NCBI RefSeq assembly: GCF_006345805.1
Contig: NW_021828157.1
Coordinates: 1 to 8,961, forward strand
Reading direction: 5' to 3'
DNA from: Octopus sinensis
Lineage: Eukaryota
DNA: 8,961 nucleotides
Shown here in pieces: positions 8,683-8,961 of the stretch (position 1 is its first letter; each line of letters begins with the position of its first letter). The position numbers and the translations under genes are program-made. The notes beneath the pieces are model-generated. The model saw only the letters and a program-made list of their open reading frames with translations, was not told the DNA's origin and ran no database searches.

Positions 8683-8803
8683 TACACTCAAATCTCGGTG
8701 ATCCGAACAACAATTTATCCGAATTTTGGATTGTCCAAACCAGATTTCAAAACTCAGTGAATAATTTATCAATCATGTATTACAGTGAGTAACCCGAACT
8801 CGA
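8683..8803 (+). mobile_element. Probable pogo/Tigger-type (Tc1/mariner superfamily) MITE end fragment
   Basis: TA followed by CACTCAAATCTCGGTGATCCGAAC resembles the TA-CAGT...CTCGATTATCCGAA terminus pattern. Subterminal TTATCCGAA-like motifs occur at 8699, 8715 and 8731 (16-nt period), with another near 8791. The partner TIR is not seen in the window. Confidence 0.5.
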
Positions 8804-8828
8804 GAGTTTCGCCTTATATATATACATA

Positions 8829-8961
8829 GGCGCAGAAATGGCTGTGTGGTACCTTGGGCAAGTGTCTTCTACTATAGCCTCAGGCCGACCAGAGCCTTGT
8901 GAGTGGATTTGGTAGACGTGTGTGTCTGTGTTTGTCCCCCCCCCATCGCTTGACAAACCGA
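8829..8961 (+). mobile_element. SINE family A copy with internal deletions, running off the window end
   Basis: GGCGCAGAAATGGCTGTGTGGTA|CCTTGGGCAAGTGTCTTCTACTATAGCC...GTGAGTGGATTTGGTAGACG matches 5940-6160 but lacks the B-box segment. A short TA tract precedes it. Confidence 0.92.

Overview
This is repeat-dense, AT-rich eukaryotic DNA, most likely intronic or intergenic. The SINE families (recognised from memory, not searched) and the microsatellite load point to an octopus or other coleoid cephalopod genome. I cannot support any complete protein-coding gene; nearly all ORF-track entries are translated microsatellites. Supported content: (i) copies or fragments of three tRNA-derived SINE families, my labels A, B and C, including a B copy nested in an A copy; (ii) a decayed Penelope-like reverse transcriptase fragment (1156-1640, minus) between two copies of a ~90-135 bp SINE-head-plus-flank duplication; (iii) two unrelated foldback/MITE-like palindromes (3951-4372 and 5324-5654); (iv) a probable pogo/Tigger-type MITE end; (v) many GA, GATA, TG, CA, TA and CT tracts and one G4 motif. 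Weak coding hints are an ankyrin-like micro-ORF at 2.6 kb and a possible small exon at 3.74-3.82 kb. I found no demonstrable new biological system. The best leads are the dsRNA-forming palindromes and the Penelope/SINE duplication junction.
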